A stretch of DNA of 64,000 nt. It comes from Vicinamibacteria bacterium. Lineage in GTDB: Bacteria; Acidobacteriota; Vicinamibacteria; Vicinamibacterales; UBA8438. Below are positions 18,773 through 29,178 of this stretch, in pieces. Under the pieces are notes generated by a model, which was given only the letters and a program-made list of their open reading frames with translations, was not told the DNA's origin and ran no database searches. The stretch's first letter is position 1. Each line of letters starts with the position of its first letter. The stretch is from the NCBI GenBank assembly GCA_022820825.1, contig JAJEEU010000021.1:267-64266 (forward strand), written 5' to 3'. The position numbers were made by a program, and so were the translations under genes.

Positions 18773-18929
18773 GCAGTGGCTGCGGGTGTCGGAAGCGCGG
18801 CCGGGCGGCGAACGGCCCGGCCGGGAACGGTACGCTGCGCCGGACGCCAGAGCAGACGGGATCTTGCGCGCACGGGACGAGATCCTAGCACGGTTGGGCC
18901 GACCAACCGGTCGACCCGCGCGCGATGAT

Positions 18930-19005
18930 TGGTGGGCCCACCAGGATTCGAACCTGGGACAAGCCGGTTATGAGCCGGCGGCTCTGACCACTGAGCTATG
19001 GGCCC
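18930..19005 (-). tRNA. tRNA with CAU anticodon (elongator Met, or Ile2 if lysidine-modified)
   Basis: 76-nt cloverleaf. Acceptor GGGCCCA/TGGGCCC, D arm GCTC-AGTGGTCA-GAGC, anticodon arm GCCGG-CTCATAA-CCGGC, T arm CCAGG-TTCGAAT-CCTGG, and an encoded ACCA end. G1-C72 is paired, so it is not an initiator. Confidence 0.9.
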
Positions 19006-19018
19006 CGTCACGGTAGCA

Positions 19019-20719
<1,701 letters not shown>

Positions 20720-20945
20720 CGTTTACTTCGGGCTGCGCTGCATCGTTACTTGGGGCTTCGCCCCAAACCCCCGGCAAGCCTTAACGGGGACCCCGTCGCC
20801 CCGCGCCGCTGCCGCCGAGCCGCGCCGTGCGCGGCCTGGGACCACCACGTCACTGCACCGGTGGTCCGTCGCAACTTCTTCCGCTCCAGGCTACTGTGCC
20901 GAATTTGCCGCTTGCGCTGCGCCACGAACCCCCGGCTGCTTCCAT
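20720..20945 (-). repeat. intergenic multi-hairpin repeat, copy A (full length; dnaG-rpoD spacer)
   Basis: Shares the ordered modules with copies at 33431, 36850, 48695 and 61838. The proximal module TTGGGGCTTCGCCCCAAACCCCC is at 20750-20772 and the distal degenerate module at about 20911-20945. The proximal end is partly duplicated at 20722-20749. Confidence 0.8.
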
Positions 20946-21032
20946 GCTCACAGTCCCCTCGCTGGTTCAACCGTCACAGCGGGTGAGCCGGTTCGTCCTT
21001 GCTCACGGCTACGCCGCGCGTGGAACTTTTCT

Positions 21033-22811
21033 CTAGTCGCTTCCTCCCAGTTGCTCTATGCGTTGATCCAACTCTCCTTTGCGCCGCAGGAGCGCGTCCA
21101 TATCCGTGGCGGCAGCGCCGGAGCCGGTCTGCTGCCGGCGGGCGATTTGGTCCTGCAGCTCGACGCGTTCGCGCTTGTATCGATCGCGCTGCAGGTTCCG
21201 TGCACAGTCCCGCACGTCTTCGACCGGCGCGTGCGCGTACGCCGCGATGCGCTTCACCTGGTCGGCTTCCGCGCCGTTCAGGCGCTCCAGCAGCGTCTCG
21301 GGAACGCTGTCGGCCGGCCATTCCACGAGCTTTCGCGCTTCGCGCAGGATGGACTCCGTTGCGAGCCCCGTGAAGTCCTCCGGCTCGGCGCCGGCGAGCG
21401 CTTCCAATGCCGCCGGCGTAGCGTGCATCGTGGCCCAGATCATCCCTTCCTCGGCCGTCGTAGCCCGTCCCCCGACCGACTCGGCGGTGACTCTGCCGAT
21501 AGAGGTACGGCGCTGGACGGCGGCGCGCCGGTAGTCCCCGCGCACGGTGTCCGACTTGATGCCCGCCCTTTGCGTCACGGTATCGGCATGGATTTCCCGA
21601 TCCGCGCTCTCCGGAAAGGCGTGGATCACCGTGAGCATATCGGATAGAAATGCCGTGACGTGCGTGTTGCGTGAGAAATCGCGCCCAGCCGCGGCGTTCT
21701 CGAGCGAATGGTCGAAGTACCGCTGCGACGCGCGCAAGGCCCTTTCGAAACCCGCGCGGCCGCGCCGGCGCACGCACGTGTCGGGGTCCTCGCCTTCCGG
21801 CAGCGTCGCGATGTTGACCTGCAGGCCTTCGCTGGTGAGCAGCGTGCCGGTGCGGGTGGCCGCGGCCTGCCCGGCCGTGTCCGGGTCGAAGCTGACGATG
21901 ACCTTCGCGGCGAATCTGCGCAGCAACCGCGCCTGTTGCGCGGTCACCGCCGTGCCGCAGGTGGCCACCACGGGCTCCACGCCCGCCTGTACCACCTGCG
22001 CCAGGTCGAAGTATCCCTCCACCATCACGGCGTATCCCAGTCGCCGTATCGCGGCCTTGGTGAGATGTAAACCATACAATGTCCGGCTCTTCGTATACAG
22101 CAGCGACTCCGGAGAGTTCATGTACTTCGGCTGCTGGCCGGATTCGAGCGCCCGCCCTCCGAACGCCACCACGGCGCCGCTGTCGCGGCAAATCGGAATC
22201 ATCAGCCGGTTACGGAAGCGGTCCAGCACCCGGCCTCCGTCCCGCTCCGTGACCAGCCCGCTGTCGAGCAGCAGGTCGAGCGGCTGGCCCGCGTCGATCA
22301 GGTGCCGCCGCAGGCTGTCGCGCTGCGAGGGAGCATACCCGAGCGCCAGCCGCTCGATCGTCTCGGCGCGGATGCCGCGTGCTGCGAGATGCTCCCGCGC
22401 CCCCCGGCCGGCCGGCCCGGCCAGTTGCTGTTGAAACCAGGCGGCGGCCAGGCTGTGCACCTTGAGCAGCGCTTCGCGGCGGGCGTCGGCGGCCGCGTCG
22501 CGCTCGGCATCGGCGGATTCGGGCACCTGGACGCCGAAGCGCTCGGCGAGCGACCGCACCGCTTCGGGAAAAGGGAGTTTCTCGTGCAGCTCGACGAACT
22601 TGACGACATCGCCCCCGGTGCCGCAGCCGAAGCACTTGAAGAACCCCTTGTCCTGATTCACGTGGAACGACGGCGTCTTTTCGTTGTGGAACGGACACAG
22701 ACCCTTGTACGAGCTGCCGGCCTTCTTCAGCGGGACGACGTTCTGCACGACCTGGACGATGTCGGCCTGCGCCTTGAGGTCGTCGACGAACTGGGGAGGA
22801 AAGCGTCCCAC
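21033..22811 (-). CDS. dnaG: DNA primase DnaG
   Basis: Zinc-binding CPFHNEKTPSF...CFGCG motif, TOPRIM domain (EGYFD) and a C-terminal helicase-interaction region. GTG start 2 nt after the mutS2 stop. Confidence 0.9.
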   Translation of the reverse strand: MGRFPPQFVDDLKAQADIVQVVQNVVPLKKAGSSYKGLCPFHNEKTPSFHVNQDKGFFKCFGCGTGGDVVKFVELHEKLPFPEAVRSLAERFGVQVPESADAERDAAADARREALLKVHSLAAAWFQQQLAGPAGRGAREHLAARGIRAETIERLALGYAPSQRDSLRRHLIDAGQPLDLLLDSGLVTERDGGRVLDRFRNRLMIPICRDSGAVVAFGGRALESGQQPKYMNSPESLLYTKSRTLYGLHLTKAAIRRLGYAVMVEGYFDLAQVVQAGVEPVVATCGTAVTAQQARLLRRFAAKVIVSFDPDTAGQAAATRTGTLLTSEGLQVNIATLPEGEDPDTCVRRRGRAGFERALRASQRYFDHSLENAAAGRDFSRNTHVTAFLSDMLTVIHAFPESADREIHADTVTQRAGIKSDTVRGDYRRAAVQRRTSIGRVTAESVGGRATTAEEGMIWATMHATPAALEALAGAEPEDFTGLATESILREARKLVEWPADSVPETLLERLNGAEADQVKRIAAYAHAPVEDVRDCARNLQRDRYKRERVELQDQIARRQQTGSGAAATDMDALLRRKGELDQRIEQLGGSD

Positions 22812-22813
22812 TG

Positions 22814-25276
22814 CTAGTCCTTCAGCTCGATGACCGTGACGCCGTCGCCGCCCAGCCCGCGCTCGGCAGGAGCGAAGCGGTCGACCTGTGGATGGGCGGC
22901 AAGCATGCCGGCAATCGAACGCTGCAGCACGCCGGAGCCACGGCCGTGGATGATGCGCACCTGCCGCTGTGCGTGCAGCACCGCCTGATCCAGGTACCGT
23001 TCGGCGCGCGCCAGCGCTTCGTCGGCCGTGCAGCCGATGACGTTCAACTCGGCGGCGAGCGCGGAGGAGGGTGAGGTCCGGCTGGTGACGCGGCCGGTCG
23101 CCGCGGCCCGCCCGCCGTCCGGCGCCTCCCGCAAGTCGGCGAGCGGCACCCGCAGCCGCTTGTTCCGCACGTCGACTTCCGCCTCGGTCTGGTACAACGC
23201 CCGCAACTGGCCGCGGAGCCCCAGACCCGCCACGCTTACCGTGGAGCCCACGCGCAGTGCAGGCCGCCGCCCCGACCGCTCTGGAGCGGATTTCGGAACT
23301 GCGGACGCAGCGTCGGTCCGCGTCGCCGTTCCGACGGCGTCGAGCGCCGCCCGGGCCGCGGCGCGCGCGGAGCCCACGTCGCCGGTCGTCAACGCCGCGT
23401 CGCCCGCGGCAACCCGGGCGGCAGCCGTGTCTTCCAGCTCCGCTGCCCGCGCCCGCAGCCTCTCGACGATGGCGTCGATCTCCTTGCGCGCCGCACGTAC
23501 GCGGTCATCGACTGCGCCGCCCGCGTGCTGCCGCAGCTCCTCACCCCGCGCGTCCAGCTTCTTCCGCTCCGCCGCAAGCTCTGCGCCGTCGGTTGCCAAC
23601 CGGTTCCGCTCCGCCGCGATCTGCTGACGCTCCTTGTCCAGCTCACGGAGGTCGCGGTCCACCTTGGCGAGGTGCTCCGCAAGCTGTGCCTCACGCTTGC
23701 TGCGGCGCTGGCGCGCCGCGTCGATTACGGCCGGCGGCACGCCGAGGCGGGTAGCGATCTCCAGCGCCAGACTGCGCCCGGGTGTGCCGTAGGTCAACCG
23801 GTAGTTCGGCGCATACGTCTCCGCATCGAAGCCGAAGCCCGCGCACGTCACGGCGTCGGTGGTGGCCGCGTACGTCTTCAGCATGTCGTCGTGCGTCGTC
23901 GCCACGACCACGGCGCCGCGCCGGCGAAAGTGCTCGATGAGCTCGGCCCCGAGCGCGCCGCCCTCCAGCGGATCCGTGCCCGCGCCCACCTCGTCGAGCA
24001 GCACGAGCGCCGGCAGTTGCAGTTGCCGGTCCATGGCGACCACGTTGCGGACATGGCCGGAGAACGTGGATACGCTGGCGGTAATCGACTGCTCGTCGCC
24101 GATGTCCGTAAAGACCGTGCGAAAGGCCGTGACGCGGGCCCCGGGCGCCGTCGGCACGTGCAACCCGGCCTGCGCCATCAGCGCCAGCAGACCGGCCGTC
24201 TTCAGCGCCACGGTCTTGCCGCCGGTGTTGGGCCCGGTGATCACGAGCACCGACAGCGGCGGGACGACGCGGATGTCGACCGGCACCGGCGGCTTGTCCG
24301 TTTCGGGATCGCCTGCGCCGAGCCGCCGGCGAACGGCCGGGATCAGCAGCGGATGCCGTGCGCCGGGGAGCTCCAGGTGCGGTGTGTCGACGAGCTCGGG
24401 CGCCCGGCCGCCGCACAACTGCGCGAACGCGGCCCGCGCCTGCAACGCGTCGATCTCGGTAGCGGCCTGCAGCGTCGACTGCAGATCGGCCGCCCGCTTG
24501 CGCAGGGCATTCGCCAGCTCCAGCAGGATCCGCTGCACCTCGGCCGCCTCGCGCTCGCGCAGGGTGACGATCTCGTTGTTGACCTCCACGGTGCTGAGCG
24601 GTTCCAGGAACAGACTCGCACCGCTGCCGGAGCTGCCGTGGACTATGCCCGGAATGGCCCCGCGGTGCTCGGCCTTCACGACCAGCACGCAGCGGCCGGC
24701 GCGCTCCATCACGACGTGGTCCTGGAGATACCGCGCCGTTGTCTTGCCGCGCAAATAGGAGTCGAGCGTGCGGCGGAGGCGTCCCGTCTGGCGGCGCAGC
24801 CCCTCCCGCAACGACCGCAGTTCGGACGACGCCGCGTCCACTACTTCTCCGTTGTCATCGATGCGTGATCGGATGTCGTCGATCTCGGCGGCGAACGGAC
24901 GGCAGCCTTCCAGGGCCGCCTGCAGCAGCGGGAACGGCCCGCCGTCGGCGTCGCCGACCGCGCGCCGGACGGCGTCGACGGATACCAGGAAAGCGGCGAT
25001 CCCCCGCAGTTGGGCCGGTTCGAGGGGCAGTCCTTCGACGGCCAGGCCGGTCAGGGTCCGGTCGAGATCCGGCGGGGCTTCAAGGCCGATGGGACCGTTC
25101 GACTCGACGTATGCGACACACTCGGTAGTGGCGGCCAACGCGGCGCGGGCGGCGTCGAGGTCCGTGTGCGGCCCCATCCCGGCGAGCCGCGCCGCCCCGA
25201 GAGGCGTCAGCGCGAAGCTGCGTACGACTTCTACGATCCGGTCGAGCTCGAGCGCCCGGATCGTGTTTTCGTGCAT
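22814..25276 (-). CDS. mutS2: endonuclease MutS2 (MutS domain plus C-terminal Smr)
   Basis: Walker A ITGPNTGGKTV, DEVGAGTDP, a long coiled-coil linker and an Smr domain (VRIIHGRGSGVLQ). The start is probably MHENTIRALELD at 25276; the track ORF begins at 25309. Confidence 0.9.
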   Translation of the reverse strand: MHENTIRALELDRIVEVVRSFALTPLGAARLAGMGPHTDLDAARAALAATTECVAYVESNGPIGLEAPPDLDRTLTGLAVEGLPLEPAQLRGIAAFLVSVDAVRRAVGDADGGPFPLLQAALEGCRPFAAEIDDIRSRIDDNGEVVDAASSELRSLREGLRRQTGRLRRTLDSYLRGKTTARYLQDHVVMERAGRCVLVVKAEHRGAIPGIVHGSSGSGASLFLEPLSTVEVNNEIVTLREREAAEVQRILLELANALRKRAADLQSTLQAATEIDALQARAAFAQLCGGRAPELVDTPHLELPGARHPLLIPAVRRRLGAGDPETDKPPVPVDIRVVPPLSVLVITGPNTGGKTVALKTAGLLALMAQAGLHVPTAPGARVTAFRTVFTDIGDEQSITASVSTFSGHVRNVVAMDRQLQLPALVLLDEVGAGTDPLEGGALGAELIEHFRRRGAVVVATTHDDMLKTYAATTDAVTCAGFGFDAETYAPNYRLTYGTPGRSLALEIATRLGVPPAVIDAARQRRSKREAQLAEHLAKVDRDLRELDKERQQIAAERNRLATDGAELAAERKKLDARGEELRQHAGGAVDDRVRAARKEIDAIVERLRARAAELEDTAAARVAAGDAALTTGDVGSARAAARAALDAVGTATRTDAASAVPKSAPERSGRRPALRVGSTVSVAGLGLRGQLRALYQTEAEVDVRNKRLRVPLADLREAPDGGRAAATGRVTSRTSPSSALAAELNVIGCTADEALARAERYLDQAVLHAQRQVRIIHGRGSGVLQRSIAGMLAAHPQVDRFAPAERGLGGDGVTVIELKD

Positions 25277-25487
25277 GCTTGACAGCCCGTGGCAAAAGTC
25301 CCGCTGCATTCGAGCGACGATGCATCACGCCTGACGGCGTTGCTCATCGCTCACATATCTTCGAATATGCTCGCTCTTCGCGCCTTGTCAGCCGCGCGCC
25401 TCGCCGCTCTCGGTGCGACGCGGGACTTTCACCACGGGCTGTTGAACCTCCGCGAACAATCACGGCCGTTCGGCTGCGAATCACGGA

Positions 25488-26246
25488 TCAGGGCGGATGA
25501 TTGATGAGGCTGGCCACCGCCGCCGCTCCGAAACCGTTGTCGATATTGACGACCGCTACGCCGGCCGCGCAACTGTTCAGCATTCCCAGCAGCGCCGCCA
25601 GACCGCCGAAGCTGGCGCCGTAACCCACGCTCGTCGGCACCGCGATCACCGGAACTCCGACCAGTCCGCCGATTACGCTCGGCAGCGCGCCTTCCATGCC
25701 GGCGACGGCGATGATAACCCGCGCGCGCTCGATGCGCTCCCGCTCGGCAAGCAGTCGGTGCAGCCCCGCCACTCCAACGTCGTACAGCGCATCCACCTCG
25801 TTGCCCAGCAGCTCGGCGCTCACCCGCGCCTCTTCCGCTACCGGAAGGTCGGAAGTGCCCGCGGCCGCCACGAGGATCGTGCCCGCGCCGGCGGCGGCGC
25901 GGGCGCCACGTGAAATGATGTGCGCGACCCGGTGAAACTGCGCGTCGGACACCACCTGCGCCACGGCGGCGTAAGCGGCCTCGTCGGTGCGGGTAACGAG
26001 CAGCGGTTGGCCGGCGGCAACGATGCGTTCGGCGATGGCGGCCACCTGCTCCGGGGTCTTGCCGGCGCCGAAGACCACTTCCGGGAGTCCCTGCCTGATC
26101 GCGCGGTGGTGATCCACACGCGCGAACCCGAGGTCCTCGAACGGCATGTGCCGCAGCAGGGCGGTCAGCTCGGCCGCGGCCTGATCAGTGCTTGCCGCTC
26201 CGCGCGCGACCCGTTCGAGGACATCCCGCAGCTGATCCTGGTCCAT
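25488..26246 (-). CDS. larB: LarB-like (PurE/NCAIR-mutase-related) nickel-pincer cofactor biosynthesis protein
   Basis: Characteristic ARVDHHRAIRQGLPEVVFGAGK N-terminal region plus a PurE-like domain (AAGTSDLPVAEEA, AVAGMEGALPSV). The start is taken at MDQDQL (26246). Confidence 0.75.
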   Translation of the reverse strand: MDQDQLRDVLERVARGAASTDQAAAELTALLRHMPFEDLGFARVDHHRAIRQGLPEVVFGAGKTPEQVAAIAERIVAAGQPLLVTRTDEAAYAAVAQVVSDAQFHRVAHIISRGARAAAGAGTILVAAAGTSDLPVAEEARVSAELLGNEVDALYDVGVAGLHRLLAERERIERARVIIAVAGMEGALPSVIGGLVGVPVIAVPTSVGYGASFGGLAALLGMLNSCAAGVAVVNIDNGFGAAAVASLINHPP

Positions 26247-26485
26247 GCCGCCGCCGCGGCGGTGTGCGATTGACTTGCAGAACCGTGGCCTGTACCGTGC
26301 GCCGGAGCGTGCCTGGCCTGCATTTTTCACCAACCTTCTGCTGCGGACGCCGATCCGCTCGCCGTGGCGGGCCGGACTCCCTCGCGCCGCTTCGACGTAG
26401 TTACGACTACGCCTTCAGCGTCGCTCAGTCCGTGCGACCCACCACACCGGCGCCTCGACGCCCTCGCGACGAACGCTGGTGAGAG

Positions 26486-28024
26486 ATGCAGGCTGGCATC
26501 GACGCGGTATTCGATCCCACACTGGAATCGTTGCTGCTCGGGTTCTACTTCACGCTCCTGCTGTGCCTGAGCGCGTACGGTGCGCACCGCTGCTATCTGC
26601 TCTACCTTTATACAAGAAATCGGGCGCGGCCGACGCCGCTCGCGCAACCGCCGGACGACCTGCCCCGCGTCACCGTCCAACTGCCGATCTACAACGAGCT
26701 GTACGTGGTCGAACGCCTCATCGATGCGGCGGCGAATCTCGACTACCCGGCCGAACGCCTGGAAATCCAGGTGCTGGACGACTCGACCGACGAGACGCAG
26801 CGGATCGCGGCGCGGGCCGTGGCGCGCTGGCGTGCGCGCGGAGCAAGGATTCAGCAGCTACGCCGCAGCGGGCGGACCGGCTACAAGGCGGGCGCGCTGG
26901 CCGCCGGCCTGCGTGCGGCCAGCGGCGACGCGATCGCCATCTTCGACGCCGACTTTCTGCCGCCCAGAGACTTTCTGCGGCGTTCGATCCCCGCGCTGCG
27001 GCAGCCGGGGGTCGGCATGGTGCAGGCGCGCTGGGGGCATGTGAACCAGGACTATTCGTGGCTCACGCGAGTGCAGGCGTTGCTGCTCGATGCGCACTTC
27101 GTCCTGGAGCACGGCGGCCGTCACCGCGGCGGCTGCTTCTTCAACTTCAACGGCACGGCCGGCGTCTGGCGCCGGCAGGCGATCGAGGACGCCGGCGGCT
27201 GGCAGTCCGACACGCTCACGGAGGACCTCGACCTGAGCTACCGCGCGCAACTGGCGGGCTGGCGCTTCGTATTCCTGCCGGAGCTGGTCGCGCCCGCGGA
27301 GCTGCCGGTCGAGATGACGGCGTTCAAGCTGCAGCAGCAGCGCTGGGCCACGGGATCGGTCCAGACCTGCCTGAAGGTGCTGCCCGCCGTGTTGCGCGGC
27401 GGCGTACCGCTGCGAGTCAAGCTGGAGGCGTTCTTTCACCTCACGGCCAACTTCCACTATCCGCTGCTGCTGCTGCTGGCGGTGCTGCTGGCGCCGGCGT
27501 TGTTCGCGCGCGCGCCCGGCGGCGCGCCGAGCTTCCTGGCGGTCGACCTGCCGCTGTTCTGCGCGGCGGCCCTGTCGATGGTGAACTTCCACGCCGTGAG
27601 CCAGCACGCCGTGCGCCGCGACTGGCTGTCGCAATTGAAGTACGTCCCGCTCGCGATGGCGGTCGGTGTCGGCCTTGCCGTCAACAACACCGTTGCGGTG
27701 CTCGGTGCGCTGCGCCGCGGGCGTCCGCGGTTCAGGCGCACGCCGAAGTACGGCGTCGTGCACCGCCGCGACGAGTGGCGCACGAAGCGGTACCGGCTGG
27801 CGCGCGCCGGACAGCCGCTGGTCGAGTTGGCGCTCGGGCTCTACTGCACGCTTGCGGCGCTCGCCGCCATGGCGTCGGGCCTGTTCGCGGCCGCGCCGGT
27901 GCTCGGTCTGTTCGGGTGCGGTTTCCTCTACGTGGGCGGCGTATCGCTCGCACAGCAATGCCGGGGCGGACTGGGGCCTGCGGTGTATAGTCTGCTCCAC
28001 ATGACCCGCCCGCGGACTTCCTGA
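26486..28024 (+). CDS. family 2 glycosyltransferase, membrane-bound, processive type (D,D,D,QxxRW)
   Basis: QLPIYNE, DDSTDET, DADF, TEDLDLS and QQQRW motifs with N- and C-terminal TM segments. RBS GGTGAGAG precedes the ATG. Confidence 0.85.
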   Translation: MQAGIDAVFDPTLESLLLGFYFTLLLCLSAYGAHRCYLLYLYTRNRARPTPLAQPPDDLPRVTVQLPIYNELYVVERLIDAAANLDYPAERLEIQVLDDSTDETQRIAARAVARWRARGARIQQLRRSGRTGYKAGALAAGLRAASGDAIAIFDADFLPPRDFLRRSIPALRQPGVGMVQARWGHVNQDYSWLTRVQALLLDAHFVLEHGGRHRGGCFFNFNGTAGVWRRQAIEDAGGWQSDTLTEDLDLSYRAQLAGWRFVFLPELVAPAELPVEMTAFKLQQQRWATGSVQTCLKVLPAVLRGGVPLRVKLEAFFHLTANFHYPLLLLLAVLLAPALFARAPGGAPSFLAVDLPLFCAAALSMVNFHAVSQHAVRRDWLSQLKYVPLAMAVGVGLAVNNTVAVLGALRRGRPRFRRTPKYGVVHRRDEWRTKRYRLARAGQPLVELALGLYCTLAALAAMASGLFAAAPVLGLFGCGFLYVGGVSLAQQCRGGLGPAVYSLLHMTRPRTS

Positions 28025-29166
28025 TGACCGCACCAGCTCCTCCGGCCAGGGCAGGCCTCGAAGGCGTCGTCGCGACCTCGTCCGGCATCTGCTATCTGGA
28101 CGGCGAGCGTGGCGTGCTCGCCTACGCCGGCCACGACATCCACGACCTGGCCGAGCACGCGACGTTCGAGGAGGTGTGCCACCTGCTCTGGCACAAGCGG
28201 CTGCCGACGCGCACCGAGCTGGGAGATCTGCAGTCGCAGCTCGCCGGCGCGCGGGCGCTCGACGAGCCGCTGCTGCGGCTCGTGCGGCTGCTGCCGCCGG
28301 GCGACGCCATGGATGCGCTGCGCACGCTCGCGTCCGCGCTGGCGCACTACGACCCCGATGCGGGCGACGCCTCGCCGCAGGCCCGCTACCGCACGGCCGT
28401 GCGACTTACGGCGCAGCTAGGCAGCGTCGTGGCCGCCTGGGGCCGTGTCGCTGCAGGCCGCCGTCCGGTCGATCCCGATCCGACGCTGGGACATGCAGCG
28501 AACTTCCTGCTGATGCTGACCGGCGAACGGCCGACCGCCGTTGCGGCGCGCGCCTTCGACATCGCCCTGATCCTGCACGCGGACCACGAATTGAACGCTT
28601 CGACGTTCGCCGCGCGCGTGACCGCGGCGACGCTGAGCGACATCCACTCGGCCGTGGCCGCCGGCGTCGGCGCGCTCAAGGGGCCGCTGCACGGCGGCGC
28701 CAACGCAGCCGTGATGAAGATGCTGCAGGAGATCGGGGAAGACGCGGACGACCAGCGGGTGGAGCGTGTCATTCGCGACATGCTGGCCCGCAAGGTAAAG
28801 GTGCCGGGGTTCGGCCACCGCGTCTACCGCACGGAGGATCCGCGCGCAACGCATCTGCGCCGCATGTCGCGCGAGCTGGGCGAGCGGGCCGGCCGCACGC
28901 GCTGGTACGAGATGTCGCGGCGCATCGAGGCGGTAATGCGGGAGGAGCGGCAGATCAACGCCAACGTCGATTTCTATTCGGCTTCGACGTACACGCTGCT
29001 GGGCATTCCCGTAGAGCTGTTCACGCCCGTGTTCGCCGTCAGCCGCGTCGCCGGCTGGACGGCGCACGTCCTGGAGCAGTACGCCAACAACCGACTCATC
29101 CGGCCGCGCGCCGAGTACGACGGTCCGCGGTACCCCCAGACGTTCGTGCCCCTGGCCGGCCGCTGA
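28024..29166 (+). CDS. citrate synthase family protein (short, about 380 aa; citrate or 2-methylcitrate synthase)
   Basis: GLEGV, HADHELNAST, GPLHGGAN and GFGHRVY signature motifs. The ATG overlaps the GT2 stop (TGATG). Confidence 0.9.
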   Translation: MTAPAPPARAGLEGVVATSSGICYLDGERGVLAYAGHDIHDLAEHATFEEVCHLLWHKRLPTRTELGDLQSQLAGARALDEPLLRLVRLLPPGDAMDALRTLASALAHYDPDAGDASPQARYRTAVRLTAQLGSVVAAWGRVAAGRRPVDPDPTLGHAANFLLMLTGERPTAVAARAFDIALILHADHELNASTFAARVTAATLSDIHSAVAAGVGALKGPLHGGANAAVMKMLQEIGEDADDQRVERVIRDMLARKVKVPGFGHRVYRTEDPRATHLRRMSRELGERAGRTRWYEMSRRIEAVMREERQINANVDFYSASTYTLLGIPVELFTPVFAVSRVAGWTAHVLEQYANNRLIRPRAEYDGPRYPQTFVPLAGR

Positions 29167-29178
29167 GCGGCTCGCTTG

